From a virus (lineage: Duplodnaviria > Caudoviricetes): 60,015 bases of DNA. The stretch lies in the IMG/VR virus record IMGVR_UViG_3300044621_001273, positions 1-60,015 of that record, one strand, 5' to 3'. A model generated the notes under the pieces. It saw only the letters and a list, made by a program, of their open reading frames with translations. It searched no databases and was not told the origin of the DNA. This document shows positions 35,244-45,806 of this stretch, in pieces. The first letter of the stretch is position 1. Each line of letters starts with the position of its first letter. The position numbers and the translations under genes are program-made.

Positions 35244-36664
35244 TAGCGGATACCTGCTGCTTTCTTAAAATCGTCTGCTGCCTTCTGATTAGGGAAGGTT
35301 GCCTTGCTTCCATTAGGTAACTCTACAGTGACTGGACCACTTGTTGTGGGAGAGGGCTGTGTTGAAGCTGGTCTAACAGGAGCAGTAGTAGCAGCGGGTG
35401 GTGTTGTTGTCTGAGACGCTGCGCCACCAACTTGTTGTCTTTGAGGTAATGAACCACGCAAACCATAGTTGTACATCACATCGCGCACAGAATCGTAAAG
35501 AGGTTGTCCCTTATCATTGAGGAGACCATAAGCTCTTAGTGCTGCTTGTGCGAAGCTGCGTTTGTCTCTCAAGATTTGTTGTTCAACCTCAGGAGTGACG
35601 CTGCTCTTCAGTCCTCTAGCCACGTAGAACTCACCGTCTCCTAAAGAAATTGTCTTAGGCTCAGAGAACAACTCAACACCATATTTTTCCTCTAGGCGTG
35701 TTTGAATAGCCTTCTCAACACTGGAGGTGATGGTGGCAACGCTCTTAGGTTTATTTCCTTCCATCGCTGTCTTGTGATTTTTGATAGCGGTATAAAGTAC
35801 ATCGAGTTGGGATTTGATAGCAGCGGCAGAATCAGCATCTCCTTCACTCTCAGCCATCTGAAGTTGAGATGCCAGTTTATTGGCTCTTTCATCCAGAGAC
35901 TTAACAGGAGCTTCAATCTGATCTTTTAGAGCGGCTGTTTCTTCTCTAAGTTTTATCAGACGAGGGTCGTCTTTCTTAAATCTTTGTTCTGCATTGAAAA
36001 GATTCATCTGCGCTTTCTCAAACGCCTTTTCAACAGAATCAACCATAGGACCATATTGCTCTGTATTGATGGTAGCAATACCAGAGAAAGGGTCTCTCTG
36101 CAACGGCTGCATATTCTCATAAGCAAGCAGTTCTCTGGCAGAACCGGCGCCTAAGCCGCTAGCAATCTTTTCCACTCTACCGGGCTTAGCTCCAACATTG
36201 AAGCCCATGAAGCCTTCCTTCTGACCAAATGCCTGTTGCATCTGCTCTTCTGTCATTTGTGTTGGAGGAGCACCAACAGTATCAATGAGCCTCCTCACCG
36301 ACTCAAACCCATTAGGAAGCCTCTTTTTAATTTCGTCTTTATTTAATTTGACGAACGTAGCAGCATCAATAGGATCACCGGCTTCTCTGCGTTCTGCAAA
36401 TTGTTTTGCAATGCTGTCGTTGGAGATAAGAGCCAGTGTGATTTCTTCAGGAGTTGATTTGTCAAGCCAAGGCGTTACCTTAGACAAGCGACCAGACAGT
36501 TCTTCCTGTATTGCCTTTCTTTCTTCTTCTCTCTTCTTCTTGTTAATGGCAGCAAATTGAAGACGAGTCTTGACAAGCTCTGCATTTTCTTCTCTTTCTT
36601 TTTCAACACGTGATCCCACGCCTTGAGCAAACCCCGCCAGTGCTCCTAATAAAGCTAGTCCCAT
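35243..36664 (-). CDS. Putative internal virion protein
   Basis: Gly/Ala hydrophobic N-terminus followed by coiled coil; TAATG coupling. Confidence 0.65.
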   Translation of the reverse strand: MGLALLGALAGFAQGVGSRVEKEREENAELVKTRLQFAAINKKKREEERKAIQEELSGRLSKVTPWLDKSTPEEITLALISNDSIAKQFAERREAGDPIDAATFVKLNKDEIKKRLPNGFESVRRLIDTVGAPPTQMTEEQMQQAFGQKEGFMGFNVGAKPGRVEKIASGLGAGSARELLAYENMQPLQRDPFSGIATINTEQYGPMVDSVEKAFEKAQMNLFNAEQRFKKDDPRLIKLREETAALKDQIEAPVKSLDERANKLASQLQMAESEGDADSAAAIKSQLDVLYTAIKNHKTAMEGNKPKSVATITSSVEKAIQTRLEEKYGVELFSEPKTISLGDGEFYVARGLKSSVTPEVEQQILRDKRSFAQAALRAYGLLNDKGQPLYDSVRDVMYNYGLRGSLPQRQQVGGAASQTTTPPAATTAPVRPASTQPSPTTSGPVTVELPNGSKATFPNQKAADDFKKAAGIR

Positions 36665-36666
36665 GT

Positions 36667-37119
36667 TTACTCCTTAGACATTAAACCACCCTGCTTTACA
36701 GCAGGAGCTTCTTTCACTGTAGCAACAGCACCGCGTAGCACTTCTCTTGCTGTCTTCTCATCAATGTCTGTTGCTTTTTCAAAGTCTTCATCTTCAACAA
36801 CATACCCAACATCATTCATGTCGCCAATGGTTTTCATCAGCTCAATGATGATAGGAATAACAACAAAGCCTAAGTCTACAGTGTGAGTCCCTTTCATGAT
36901 GCCTAGCTTGATGATGCCTTGCGACAGCCTCATCAAAGAGATGTTGTTCTCCATAGCCAGCAACATGCTGTCAACAGCTTCTTCTGTTGTCAATCTCTCA
37001 ACGTAGTACGACACCACTTGATCCAATGTGGTGTACTGCGGCGGCTGTTCCCAAGGTCTATTACCAGGCTCTGTTGTCAAAGACATACCTGGGATGGTGG
37101 GTGATAGTGCTCCAATCAT
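36667..37119 (-). CDS. Conserved virion-associated protein
   Basis: IPGMSLTTEPGNRPWEQPP motif. Confidence 0.7.
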   Translation of the reverse strand: MIGALSPTIPGMSLTTEPGNRPWEQPPQYTTLDQVVSYYVERLTTEEAVDSMLLAMENNISLMRLSQGIIKLGIMKGTHTVDLGFVVIPIIIELMKTIGDMNDVGYVVEDEDFEKATDIDEKTAREVLRGAVATVKEAPAVKQGGLMSKE

Positions 37120-37331
37120 TTCTTCTTTTCCTTACGTTGACCAACGAGTTCTTGACGTTGCTTCCGAATCATTTCAATATAGTCTGCAAGCTGATCATCC
37201 AAAGCACCAGAAGACTTTGTAGGCTGCTTCATCTTAGGAGCAAGCAGTCCAGACGTAGATACAGGAAGTGTCTTGTTTCTTTTGCTGATGATGGAGTCAA
37301 TGCGACCAATGAGGGATTTGTAGTTTTTCAT
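37116..37331 (-). CDS. Small basic hypothetical protein
   Basis: AAGGA SD; ATGA coupling. Confidence 0.6.
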   Translation of the reverse strand: MKNYKSLIGRIDSIISKRNKTLPVSTSGLLAPKMKQPTKSSGALDDQLADYIEMIRKQRQELVGQRKEKKK

Positions 37332-37350
37332 TGATGTTGTCCTTTGTTAG

Positions 37351-39687
37351 TTATGGAAGAGCCTTGACAAACCCTTCAACAATACTTCCCCACAAACCAG
37401 CTTCAGCAGCTTCTTCAGCAGCAGCGCCTCTAATTTCTGAGATTAACAGCTCTGCTCTTCTATCTTCATTCTTCTCAAAGCTCTGCCACATCTTCTCAAT
37501 CTGATCTCTGAAAAGCTGTGTCTCATTATTGTACTCAGCCAACGTCATCTGCTGCAAATTCTGAGCACCTAAATACAGAGCAGCATTAAGAGCAGCGGTG
37601 TCAGCAGTGCTTACTTCTCTACGCCATTGAGCATTGCTCTGATCGATGACGAGACGCTGCGTAGAGTTAAACTGATCCCTCAGGTTTTCTTGTTCAGTGT
37701 TGAACTTTGTGACTGAGTTCACTTGATCTGTACTAAACTGAGCTAGAGCATTACGCTGAGCTACATTAAACTGAGATATTGTAGAAGCAAGAGTCGCCAT
37801 GAACTGATCTACCTGAGTCTTATTTGCTGCGTTAAACTGTTTAGCAGCATTCTCAGCCGCTGTGTCAGACAACAATGACTGTACAAGTTGCTCTGTCTTA
37901 AACAGTGTTGTCTTCTGCTCTCTGTCGTAGTTTGCCATATCCATTGCCAAGAAAGACTGAGCATTTGTAACAGCAGCTTGCTGTAGGTTGGTTAGGTTGG
38001 TGGTTTCTAACGTAGCCATCTGAGCCGCTTTAGCGATGACAACAGCTTGTCTATTCTCTAAGTTTGCCAAATCCACAGACTGAGCCAGCCTAGCGTTCTC
38101 TAACGCAATTTGTTGTTTAGCTGTGAAGTTGATATTGGCAACGTCAGCAATGCGAGCAGCATTCTTCACCTTCACTTCAAACTCTTGGTTGAACTCTTGT
38201 TCTAAGAAAGCGGCTCTTTGTTGTGCCGCCAGCACAGCCATTGCTTGTCTGTTGCTTAAATTTTGCTCAGCCATTGCTTGATAGGCTTTAGCATCGGTAG
38301 TTGCAATAGGTAAGGCCGACTCAATAGCTGCTTGGACAATAGCAGCGCCTGCCATAGAAGAAGCGCTTAAGCCTCTCTGTGCCATTGTGGCTGTAGCTAC
38401 ACGCAGAGCGCCAGCGGCCCAGCCAGGAGGATTCTTAGCATCAAAATTTGCTGTGAGCTTCGTAAGCTGGCCCTGTACGGTCATGTCTTCAGAGACAACC
38501 CCTTGTGCAGCTTCTTCCTTTGTCTTGGCAATGGCTTCATCAACCTTAGCCATATTGACAGCAGATTTGTCCAAAAGCTCACCAGCACCTACAGTGAGTT
38601 CAGGAGGTGCTTGAACCTCTCTAGCTTTATCAAGCTGTTCTGCTTCTAGGTCGGACAGAACAGTCTCTGTAGGTTCTTTTTGTGCTGCATCAACTTGAGC
38701 TTCTTTGCTGACAGTGCCTTTTACAGCTTGAACACCGCCTTCAGGTTTGAAGGTTCTGACATATTCTTCATATCCTTCTCGTGCGGCATCAATAGGTTCT
38801 CCATCGGGCCCTATTCTTATAACAGCAGGAAAAACCTTATCTTTACTCCACTCTTCAAAGCTAAGTGGCTTGGTTCCCTCTAATACACCTTTAACACCTT
38901 CAGCAGACTTAGACGCCTCCATTGTCGTTGCTGTGATAGCAGCAGGCATCTTTGCTTCTTCAGCCGTTGCTGTCTTAATATCTGTCACCGTCTTAGCAGT
39001 GCCAGCACCCCCTACACCCGAGATGTCTTGCCCCGGTGTAATTGATGTCGTTGCAGGGGTGAAGCCAGCAGCAGCACCTGGTGAAGGTGTACCAGTGCGT
39101 CCTTGTTCTTCGCTGAGGGTGACACCGCCCCCACCTTGTACAGAGCCTGTTTGGTTTGGTTGAACGGTGGAAGGGAATGGACCCGTCTCAGAAATTTGCT
39201 GGGACACCTCAGGAGAAACAGTGACAGGTGTAGTTCCAGTGCTAACGCCTGGAAGGGTGATGTTAGTCGTAGAGGTAGGTGCTGGCGCAGGTGCTGGCGC
39301 AGGTGCTGGCGCAGGTGCTGGCGCAGGTGCTGGCGCAGGTGCTGGCGCAGGTGCAACTGGCTGCGCCCCAGGTCTCAACAAAGCCTGAGGAGGATTAGGA
39401 TCTTCAGGACTAGGGTTCGAAAAGTAAATGGCATTAGCGGCGTACTTCTGCCCCGTGGCTTGATCTGTGTATGTGCCGTCAGCGTTTTGGACAAGGCCGC
39501 CTTCAGCATAACTTGTGACAGACCCTCCCTTAGCCATCCTCTGAGCATACTTATCCGTCACAGAGTTGTACTTCATCATCAACGCTGGTGAGCTATTAAG
39601 AAAGTCATCAAAGCCCTGCATAGGGCCGTCGTAGCCCATCTTACGAGCCAGTATTTCACGCTGCTTAGAGGTAAAGGATGTTTTCAT
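37351..39687 (-). CDS. Putative internal virion (ejection) protein
   Basis: 778 aa; Q/A/N-rich helical repeats (QFN), Pro-Ala linker, MAKGG and YAEGG motifs. Confidence 0.7.
39277..39354. repeat. 12-bp perfect tandem repeat x6.5 encoding (PA)n
   Basis: AGGTGCTGGCGC repeated. Confidence 0.95.
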
Positions 39688-39697
39688 ATTCTTCCTA

Positions 39698-40207
39698 TTA
39701 AATGTCGCTCAAGAACAAAGCCTTCTCAGCTTCTCTGCGCCTGACTAGGCCAGGCAACACTTTGCCGCCACCTTTAGTCCAAGCCATAAAGCTGTCTGCT
39801 GCTTTCTCCCAATCCTGTCTGTTGATAGCCATACGAATGCTAGAGCGTTGAAAATTACCTAGCCCAGCATTAAAGGCAAAAGAGACACAAGCGTCGAATG
39901 CTCCTTGACGACCAGCAAGGATAGGAGCAAGACGAAGTACACCTCGCTCAAATAATTCAATGTCTTTCTCAAAAAGCTCGTTAATTTCATCTTTGCTCCA
40001 CACTCTGTTATCCTTTTTCTTAAGAGGATATTCCTTGCGAATTATGCCAGAGTAGTTGTCATTTCTGATAACAGGGAGCTTAATCTGTTCTTGATAGAGA
40101 ACATGACCATACCCAATAGTCCAGATGTGAGCAGGACAAAGATAGGGCTTTGACATGCACCCTTCAAAGCGATGCATCAAATCAAGACCTTTCTTGCTTG
40201 TCTTCAT
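39698..40207 (-). CDS. Endolysin, GH24 lysozyme
   Basis: RFEG...YLCPAHIWTIGYGH, FAFNAG, GLVRRREAE. Confidence 0.95.
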   Translation of the reverse strand: MKTSKKGLDLMHRFEGCMSKPYLCPAHIWTIGYGHVLYQEQIKLPVIRNDNYSGIIRKEYPLKKKDNRVWSKDEINELFEKDIELFERGVLRLAPILAGRQGAFDACVSFAFNAGLGNFQRSSIRMAINRQDWEKAADSFMAWTKGGGKVLPGLVRRREAEKALFLSDI

Positions 40208-40710
40208 TTCTTAGAGAAGGCTTGTGTACCAAACCAGAAGGCAATGATGGAAGACAGAATGATCATCTCATCTTCAGTGAATGCTTGGCTAGCGACAGTG
40301 ATGAAATCTAAGCCCTCAGACCAGCCCCACCAAATAATGGCAAAGTTGATGATGACAAGCTCAAGAACAAAGATGAGGGTGACAACAGGTCTGATGCTGG
40401 CTCTTAAGTTTGTTACCCACAAACTAGCTCCTTTGCCAACAGCGATGTCGTGGGCCAGCAAAGCCTTTTGATGATCTACCGTAGCTTCTTGCTGTCGAAT
40501 GCTGGCATCAACCTGCATTTGATCTGTTCTGATTTCTTCGACGCGGGCTTGAGCAGCAAAGCCTTTCTCCATCAATTGAAGCTCTTTGTCGTTCTGCATA
40601 CGAGCTAAAGCAAGCTCATGCTTCTTATCCTCTCTGTCTTGAAAGAAGTCAAGCAGCTTAGGTAAGCCTCCCATTAAGAAAGACAACACAGTTGATAACA
40701 GGCTCATCAT
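40204..40710 (-). CDS. Putative holin / lysis membrane protein
   Basis: Hydrophobic N-terminus and two C-terminal TM segments (IRPVVTL..., IIAFWFG); directly upstream of the lysozyme. Confidence 0.65.
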   Translation of the reverse strand: MMSLLSTVLSFLMGGLPKLLDFFQDREDKKHELALARMQNDKELQLMEKGFAAQARVEEIRTDQMQVDASIRQQEATVDHQKALLAHDIAVGKGASLWVTNLRASIRPVVTLIFVLELVIINFAIIWWGWSEGLDFITVASQAFTEDEMIILSSIIAFWFGTQAFSKK

Positions 40711-41195
40711 AATTCGTTTCCTTTCAAATGAGTGAGAATGAAGTCTGAGATGACGTAGATGAGGTAGGAACAAAAGATGATGACAGACATCATAAACGTA
40801 TTTAAAGCCGTCTGTTTGCGTTTTTCTGCTTGAAGATGTTCTTGACGTTTACGTCTTGTTTCAATCTTCCTACGTTCCTCTATCATCTCTCTGTAGGCAC
40901 CTTGTCCGTACCTATAAAGTATCATTGTCCTAAGATCATTCTCTTGCTCTTCAATCTTCTTACGTCTCATCAACGCTTCTAAGGCTTCCTGTTCAACAGA
41001 GCCTTTATGAAGCAGCTTCTTGAATAACGAAGGATTGCTGGCTTCTTCTTCAGCCTTCTTTACTTCTGCACAAGCACCAAACCACTTACCCAACTGGGAT
41101 GCCATGCCTTCGATTTCTTGTCCTAGTTCAATGCCTTTCTTGATGGCGTTGTAGGCAGCAGTGGCTGTTGCGAAGGCGCTGACAGGATCAATCAC
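40707..41195 (-). CDS. Coiled-coil protein with C-terminal TM helix
   Basis: MIDPVSAFATATAAYNAIKKG N-terminus; in the lysis region. Confidence 0.7.
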   Translation of the reverse strand: MIDPVSAFATATAAYNAIKKGIELGQEIEGMASQLGKWFGACAEVKKAEEEASNPSLFKKLLHKGSVEQEALEALMRRKKIEEQENDLRTMILYRYGQGAYREMIEERRKIETRRKRQEHLQAEKRKQTALNTFMMSVIIFCSYLIYVISDFILTHLKGNEL

Positions 41196-41389
41196 GATGT
41201 TAGGTCTTTATAGATGGTGTAGAGTTTGTGTCCAATCATCAACACTGTGTAGATAAGGGTTGCCCATAGCAACAATTCTGACACTTGGTAACCAGCCAAT
41301 GTAGCTAAGGACACCGTTGCCGGTGGTGCAGCCTTAGCAATAAGGACAGCACCAGACTCTGCTGCTTGTTCTGTGGACGACATAAACAC
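41192..41389 (-). CDS. Small holin-like membrane protein
   Basis: 65 aa with hydrophobic segments (WATLIYTVLMI). Confidence 0.55.
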   Translation of the reverse strand: MFMSSTEQAAESGAVLIAKAAPPATVSLATLAGYQVSELLLWATLIYTVLMIGHKLYTIYKDLTS

Positions 41390-43419
41390 TACCTTCTATC
41401 ATTGGTGCTATATTCAATTGTCATGTCTTTGAAGCTAAAGTCGGTGTTAGCTGCACTACTAACAAATTGAATTGACGCGTTTTTACCGTTGCCAATGAGC
41501 AACGTCTCAAACTTAGATCCGATGTTGTCTCCAAAGATTCCTGATGTGTTACCCATAGAAATGGAAGCAGGTTGAATAACATCAGACTCATTGAAGTCAA
41601 GAAGGACATTAGCTGTAAAGGCAATGTCTACATCTCTTTCTGTTGACACCGACAAGGAATGCAGAGTCTTCCTAGTCTTGGGATCATTGAAATAGAAGAA
41701 CGGTGTTGTGTATGTGGCTGTGATGGCAGTGCCATCAAAGGTGTTTCCGTTATCCATTTGATACAGATATGGATCGTAGCCATTACAAAACACAGTGAGC
41801 TCATTCACTCTGCCTTCATTGGTGAAGTTGAGGCCAACAAAACCGTAGTTGTAATCAGCAAACCAAACACTAAATGCTTTTGTTTCTGCCCATTCAAATT
41901 TGCCTTGGTCTTTCAACGTACCAATAAGACCTATGGAGTCTGCTTCTGCGCCTGCATAGTCATATCTAAAAATACGATATTGACTCTTTGCGTTGATGAC
42001 AACACTTGTTTGAAACACAGAATTAGAAGTGCTGGCAGAAGGGGCAATGACAGCTTCAATCTTGTCTTGAATACTGGCAGTGATAGAGCCTATGTTCAAA
42101 TCTCCTAGGCGTTCTGTAGCACCTAACAAACGTATTCCGTCGTTGGTCTGAAAAGCAAGGTCACCACCAACTTCATGAATTGATTCAGGATTGGTACAAC
42201 CTATGCTTTCTGTGACAGGGCTTCTAGCAAAATCTTCAACAGTGCTGCCTGTAAATCTATAAATCTTTGTTGTAGTGAAGACGATGAGCTGATCTCTAAA
42301 AGAACGAAGACCCGTGATGATCCCATCAAAAAGATAGACAGCACTACCTAATGCTGGATCATAGGAATAGACGTCAAAAGGAGCTGTGTGAATAAGTTTG
42401 TTACCTACACCGAAGAATAAATGGTCTTTGTGATAAGCAACACAAGAAGCACCATCAACCTCGCTGTTTTCACTAAGGAGTCGATAACCTTTCAAAGGCT
42501 CAATGAGAACAGGATAGTCACCTGTAACAAAGACAATGTTTTCAATGCCGTCTTTGATGAATCTAGCGTGCTGTCTCCTCAACGCAGAAGCAGAAATGTT
42601 TTTTACAAAACCAGAGTGATACCAAGTGATAGCTGCATTATTTGCAGGAGAGGATGTAAGACTCTGCGCTAAAGTAAGTGTTGATTGTGTTCCTACCAAG
42701 TCGGTAGCAGAAAACACCGAATAAACATCTGTAACGCCACTGATGTAAAAGGTGTCTCCAACGTCTGGCTTAAAAACAAGACCATCAACAACTAATGTTG
42801 TACCTGTCTGTCCTGCTCCATCAACCAATGTTGTTCCGTTGTGGTAGGGAACAGCACTAAAAGAAGTAGCACTAACAGGATCTAATGCATTAGACAAAAA
42901 GGAATGATACCCAGACGTGCTAATGTATGCTCTTGGGGGCTGCACACACAACATAGGATAGAACGCTGATGCTTGAGCATATGAAACACCAATGCCTGTA
43001 TAGCCTGTGATGGTAACAACAGCCTTGTCAGCAACGTTGGCAGATAGAGCAGGACTAAAATTGACAGTGGCTGATCTACCTTCGTCGTAATAACTACGAG
43101 AAGACACCGTATACACCGTAGCCTGTCCAGCAATGGTAAAGGTGATGTTTTGATCTAGCTGAAAGAAAGGATCAGAGATAACAATGGAGGTAGCACCAGC
43201 GCTGTGTGCTTGCTTTACCAACATCGTTGCAAAGACAGGAACAGGGGAAGTGTTGAGCTTTCTATAGCCTTTGATGCGCCTGTATCCACCCTTCAAAGAA
43301 CATTCAAAATTGACAAGCTCTCTAGCACTACCAGGAAACTGATTTGCTTGCTCAATAGGGGATAGGTTGGTGATGAGGCCACCAGAGCACGCCACAGGAA
43401 AACTCTCAATTCTGTCCAT
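41389..43419 (-). CDS. Tail nozzle / tail tubular protein B-like
   Basis: About 676 aa, beta-rich; GGL...N.E...GGYRRI.GY N-terminus, IGC...SI.EVGGDL; follows the adaptor gene. Confidence 0.75.
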   Translation of the reverse strand: MDRIESFPVACSGGLITNLSPIEQANQFPGSARELVNFECSLKGGYRRIKGYRKLNTSPVPVFATMLVKQAHSAGATSIVISDPFFQLDQNITFTIAGQATVYTVSSRSYYDEGRSATVNFSPALSANVADKAVVTITGYTGIGVSYAQASAFYPMLCVQPPRAYISTSGYHSFLSNALDPVSATSFSAVPYHNGTTLVDGAGQTGTTLVVDGLVFKPDVGDTFYISGVTDVYSVFSATDLVGTQSTLTLAQSLTSSPANNAAITWYHSGFVKNISASALRRQHARFIKDGIENIVFVTGDYPVLIEPLKGYRLLSENSEVDGASCVAYHKDHLFFGVGNKLIHTAPFDVYSYDPALGSAVYLFDGIITGLRSFRDQLIVFTTTKIYRFTGSTVEDFARSPVTESIGCTNPESIHEVGGDLAFQTNDGIRLLGATERLGDLNIGSITASIQDKIEAVIAPSASTSNSVFQTSVVINAKSQYRIFRYDYAGAEADSIGLIGTLKDQGKFEWAETKAFSVWFADYNYGFVGLNFTNEGRVNELTVFCNGYDPYLYQMDNGNTFDGTAITATYTTPFFYFNDPKTRKTLHSLSVSTERDVDIAFTANVLLDFNESDVIQPASISMGNTSGIFGDNIGSKFETLLIGNGKNASIQFVSSAANTDFSFKDMTIEYSTNDRR

Positions 43420-43420
43420 A

Positions 43421-44143
43421 TCAGCCGAGCCTCGGACCAGCAATGAAGAACGGGCCTGTAGCTACATAGGTCGATGTCAGATACTCATACTTGTTAATGA
43501 GAACTGTTCTCATTCTCTTGATGCCTTCATCAAACTTAGTCTTTGACAACGTAGCAGCTTGTTCATTCCCTCTGAACATATACGAGTGATACATAGCGCC
43601 GTCTAAGACGACATGCTTATATCTCTCAGGAACAAAGGGAACATCGTCATACTTCTCCAGATCAACAGGAATACGATAGTATTCGTAGACGAGTTTGTAC
43701 GCTTCCTTTGGTGGAGGTACGACGATGTATTCTTGTGAAGGAGCGTTGCAGACTCTGCTGGGAACATTTCTGATGCTGGTGTCAGAAGAATATTCTTGGT
43801 CTACATAGTGCTTCAGATAGTCATCATATGTCAGCACTTCCAGCTTCGTTGTCTTGTTGCCAAAGGTGCTGTCTTCTTTGACTCTGAAGCTATCAAAGTC
43901 AAGAGAGCCAGCATCGATAGGAAAAGCATATCTGCTTGTACCAGCCGTCAACGTCTCTTCTGTGCTGACATGATTGAAAGGCCATTCAAAATGGCTTTGG
44001 TTGATGTCACGCAGAGAAGCATTGATGGCATCTTTGCATTGAGCATACCAACCCTTAGCCGTAGCAAAGGTCGCTGAAGTGAGTTCAACCTCATTCAGCT
44101 TTCTGTTGACAGCATTGACAAGTTCAAGGTAGTTGTATGCCAT
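43421..44143 (-). CDS. Head-tail adaptor / tail tubular protein A-like
   Basis: YLELVNAVNRKLNEV, WPF, PPP..AY...YEYY, DVPFVPERY. Confidence 0.75.
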   Translation of the reverse strand: MAYNYLELVNAVNRKLNEVELTSATFATAKGWYAQCKDAINASLRDINQSHFEWPFNHVSTEETLTAGTSRYAFPIDAGSLDFDSFRVKEDSTFGNKTTKLEVLTYDDYLKHYVDQEYSSDTSIRNVPSRVCNAPSQEYIVVPPPKEAYKLVYEYYRIPVDLEKYDDVPFVPERYKHVVLDGAMYHSYMFRGNEQAATLSKTKFDEGIKRMRTVLINKYEYLTSTYVATGPFFIAGPRLG

Positions 44144-44463
44144 TAATTTTCCTTGATGTTGAGCTTGATGACACGCTCAGCAATAGATCCACTACTGTCG
44201 GTGATACGACAATAGATTTTGTATTCTTTGTTCACTGTGCCTAAGCCAAGGTTGATAGTGGCAACAGTGGTTGTAGCTGTCTGTGACACGTTCTGAAGAC
44301 CGTTGACAACATTGGTAGCATTGAAGGCTGTCTTGACACCAGAGGCGTTGTCAACGAACCAGGCTACAGTAGAAATAGTGACACCCGTGCCAAGCCATCT
44401 AGACCAGTCTACGCTGTAGTCCAAGATTTCATCAGGGTCTTTGTTGGGCCATTTATACGACAT
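44143..44463 (-). CDS. Fibre-tail adaptor-like protein
   Basis: KDPDEILDYSVDW motif. Confidence 0.7.
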   Translation of the reverse strand: MSYKWPNKDPDEILDYSVDWSRWLGTGVTISTVAWFVDNASGVKTAFNATNVVNGLQNVSQTATTTVATINLGLGTVNKEYKIYCRITDSSGSIAERVIKLNIKEN

Positions 44464-44482
44464 AGGTTTTCCTTAGCCTGGT

Positions 44483-44511
44483 GTTATAAAAGTAAACACT
44501 ACTTTTGTCAA
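44483..44511 (-). promoter_or_regulatory. Sigma-70-like promoter for the tail/lysis/ejection genes
   Basis: TTGACA-N17-TATAAC. Confidence 0.75.
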
Positions 44512-45806
44512 CTCAAGCCTACATAGGCTCTTCGTTCACTAGAAGATGTTGTTCTATCGGAAGTGACATAGACAATGCGTTGTTGAGCATCAACAGACAC
44601 TCTTCTTGTGTCTCTACCGTCAACATACACTTTTCTTGTTTGACCATCAATGTAGGTCTTTCTTTCATCTTTAGAGCCTACATAGACAGTGCGTAGTCTT
44701 TCATACAGCTCTTTAACAGCTTCATAGTCAAAGGAGGTGTTGACTACTGCTTCATTACCTAGCGCTGTAGTGCCTACAACACCAGCAGCAAATACCTGAG
44801 CCTTGGCAATGACAATGACGGTTTGAACGAATGCTGTAGCGCTCACGCCTACAACATCGAAGCTGGCGTTGGTGATGAAGTCTACATCGCCTACAACGCC
44901 TGTAGCGCTTACACCAACAGCACTAACATTGGCTGTGGTGTTTACTGTCTCATCACCTAAGGACGTTGTAGCGCTAACACCTGTTGTCGTTGCTGTGATG
45001 GGAATGGACGCAACAGCAGTGCCTAAGGAGATGGTAGCGCTAACACCAGTGACGCTGATGTTGGCATTGGTGCTGTGGTCTACGTCTCCAATGCTTCCAT
45101 TGAGGATGTTGCCATTGGGATAGGCATTAGCATCAGCAGTGACAACTTCGTTGCCTAATGTTGTTGTAGCGCTAACGCCTGTGACATCAACAACAGCATC
45201 TGCTGTGACAACAACAGAGCCTACAGCGCTTGTGGTACTAACGCCTGTGGCGCTTACGTTAGCAACACCAGCAACAACAACAGAGCCTACAGAGGCTATG
45301 GTGCTGACGCCAGTGACGTCTACAACAGCCTTAGCAACAACAACTTCATCACCTAATGCTGCTGTAGCGCTAACACCTGTAACGTCTACAACAGCAGTGC
45401 CAGTGACAGCAACAGAGCCTGTAGCGCCTGTAGCGCTGACGCCTGTGACAGGAACGCTGACAAAGACAGCAGCAACAACAGAGCCTACAGAGGCTGTAGC
45501 GCTGACGCCTGTGACGTCTACGTTAGCGTCTGTGTTGACATCAACAGTGCCGACAGAAGCTGTAGCGCTGACGCCTGTGACAGGTACTGACGTTACAAAG
45601 ACAACAGTGACGCTACCAACAGCACCTGTGGCACTGACGCCTGTGACGTCTACAGAAATGCCTACATTGACGTTGACGTTACCAACAGAACCTGTAGCGC
45701 TGACACCAGTGGCATTGACGGTGACGGGGCTACCGCCACTGGCTTCAAAGAGCCAACCAAAGGAGCCGTTGTTGGTGCTATTATTACCAGCGTACCAGTT
45801 GCTCAT
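44508..45806 (-). CDS. Repeat-rich tail fibre/appendage protein
   Basis: About 15 repeats of ~22 aa (VTGVSATxxVG); charged C-terminus with RxVYV repeats. Confidence 0.7.
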   Translation of the reverse strand: MSNWYAGNNSTNNGSFGWLFEASGGSPVTVNATGVSATGSVGNVNVNVGISVDVTGVSATGAVGSVTVVFVTSVPVTGVSATASVGTVDVNTDANVDVTGVSATASVGSVVAAVFVSVPVTGVSATGATGSVAVTGTAVVDVTGVSATAALGDEVVVAKAVVDVTGVSTIASVGSVVVAGVANVSATGVSTTSAVGSVVVTADAVVDVTGVSATTTLGNEVVTADANAYPNGNILNGSIGDVDHSTNANISVTGVSATISLGTAVASIPITATTTGVSATTSLGDETVNTTANVSAVGVSATGVVGDVDFITNASFDVVGVSATAFVQTVIVIAKAQVFAAGVVGTTALGNEAVVNTSFDYEAVKELYERLRTVYVGSKDERKTYIDGQTRKVYVDGRDTRRVSVDAQQRIVYVTSDRTTSSSERRAYVGLS

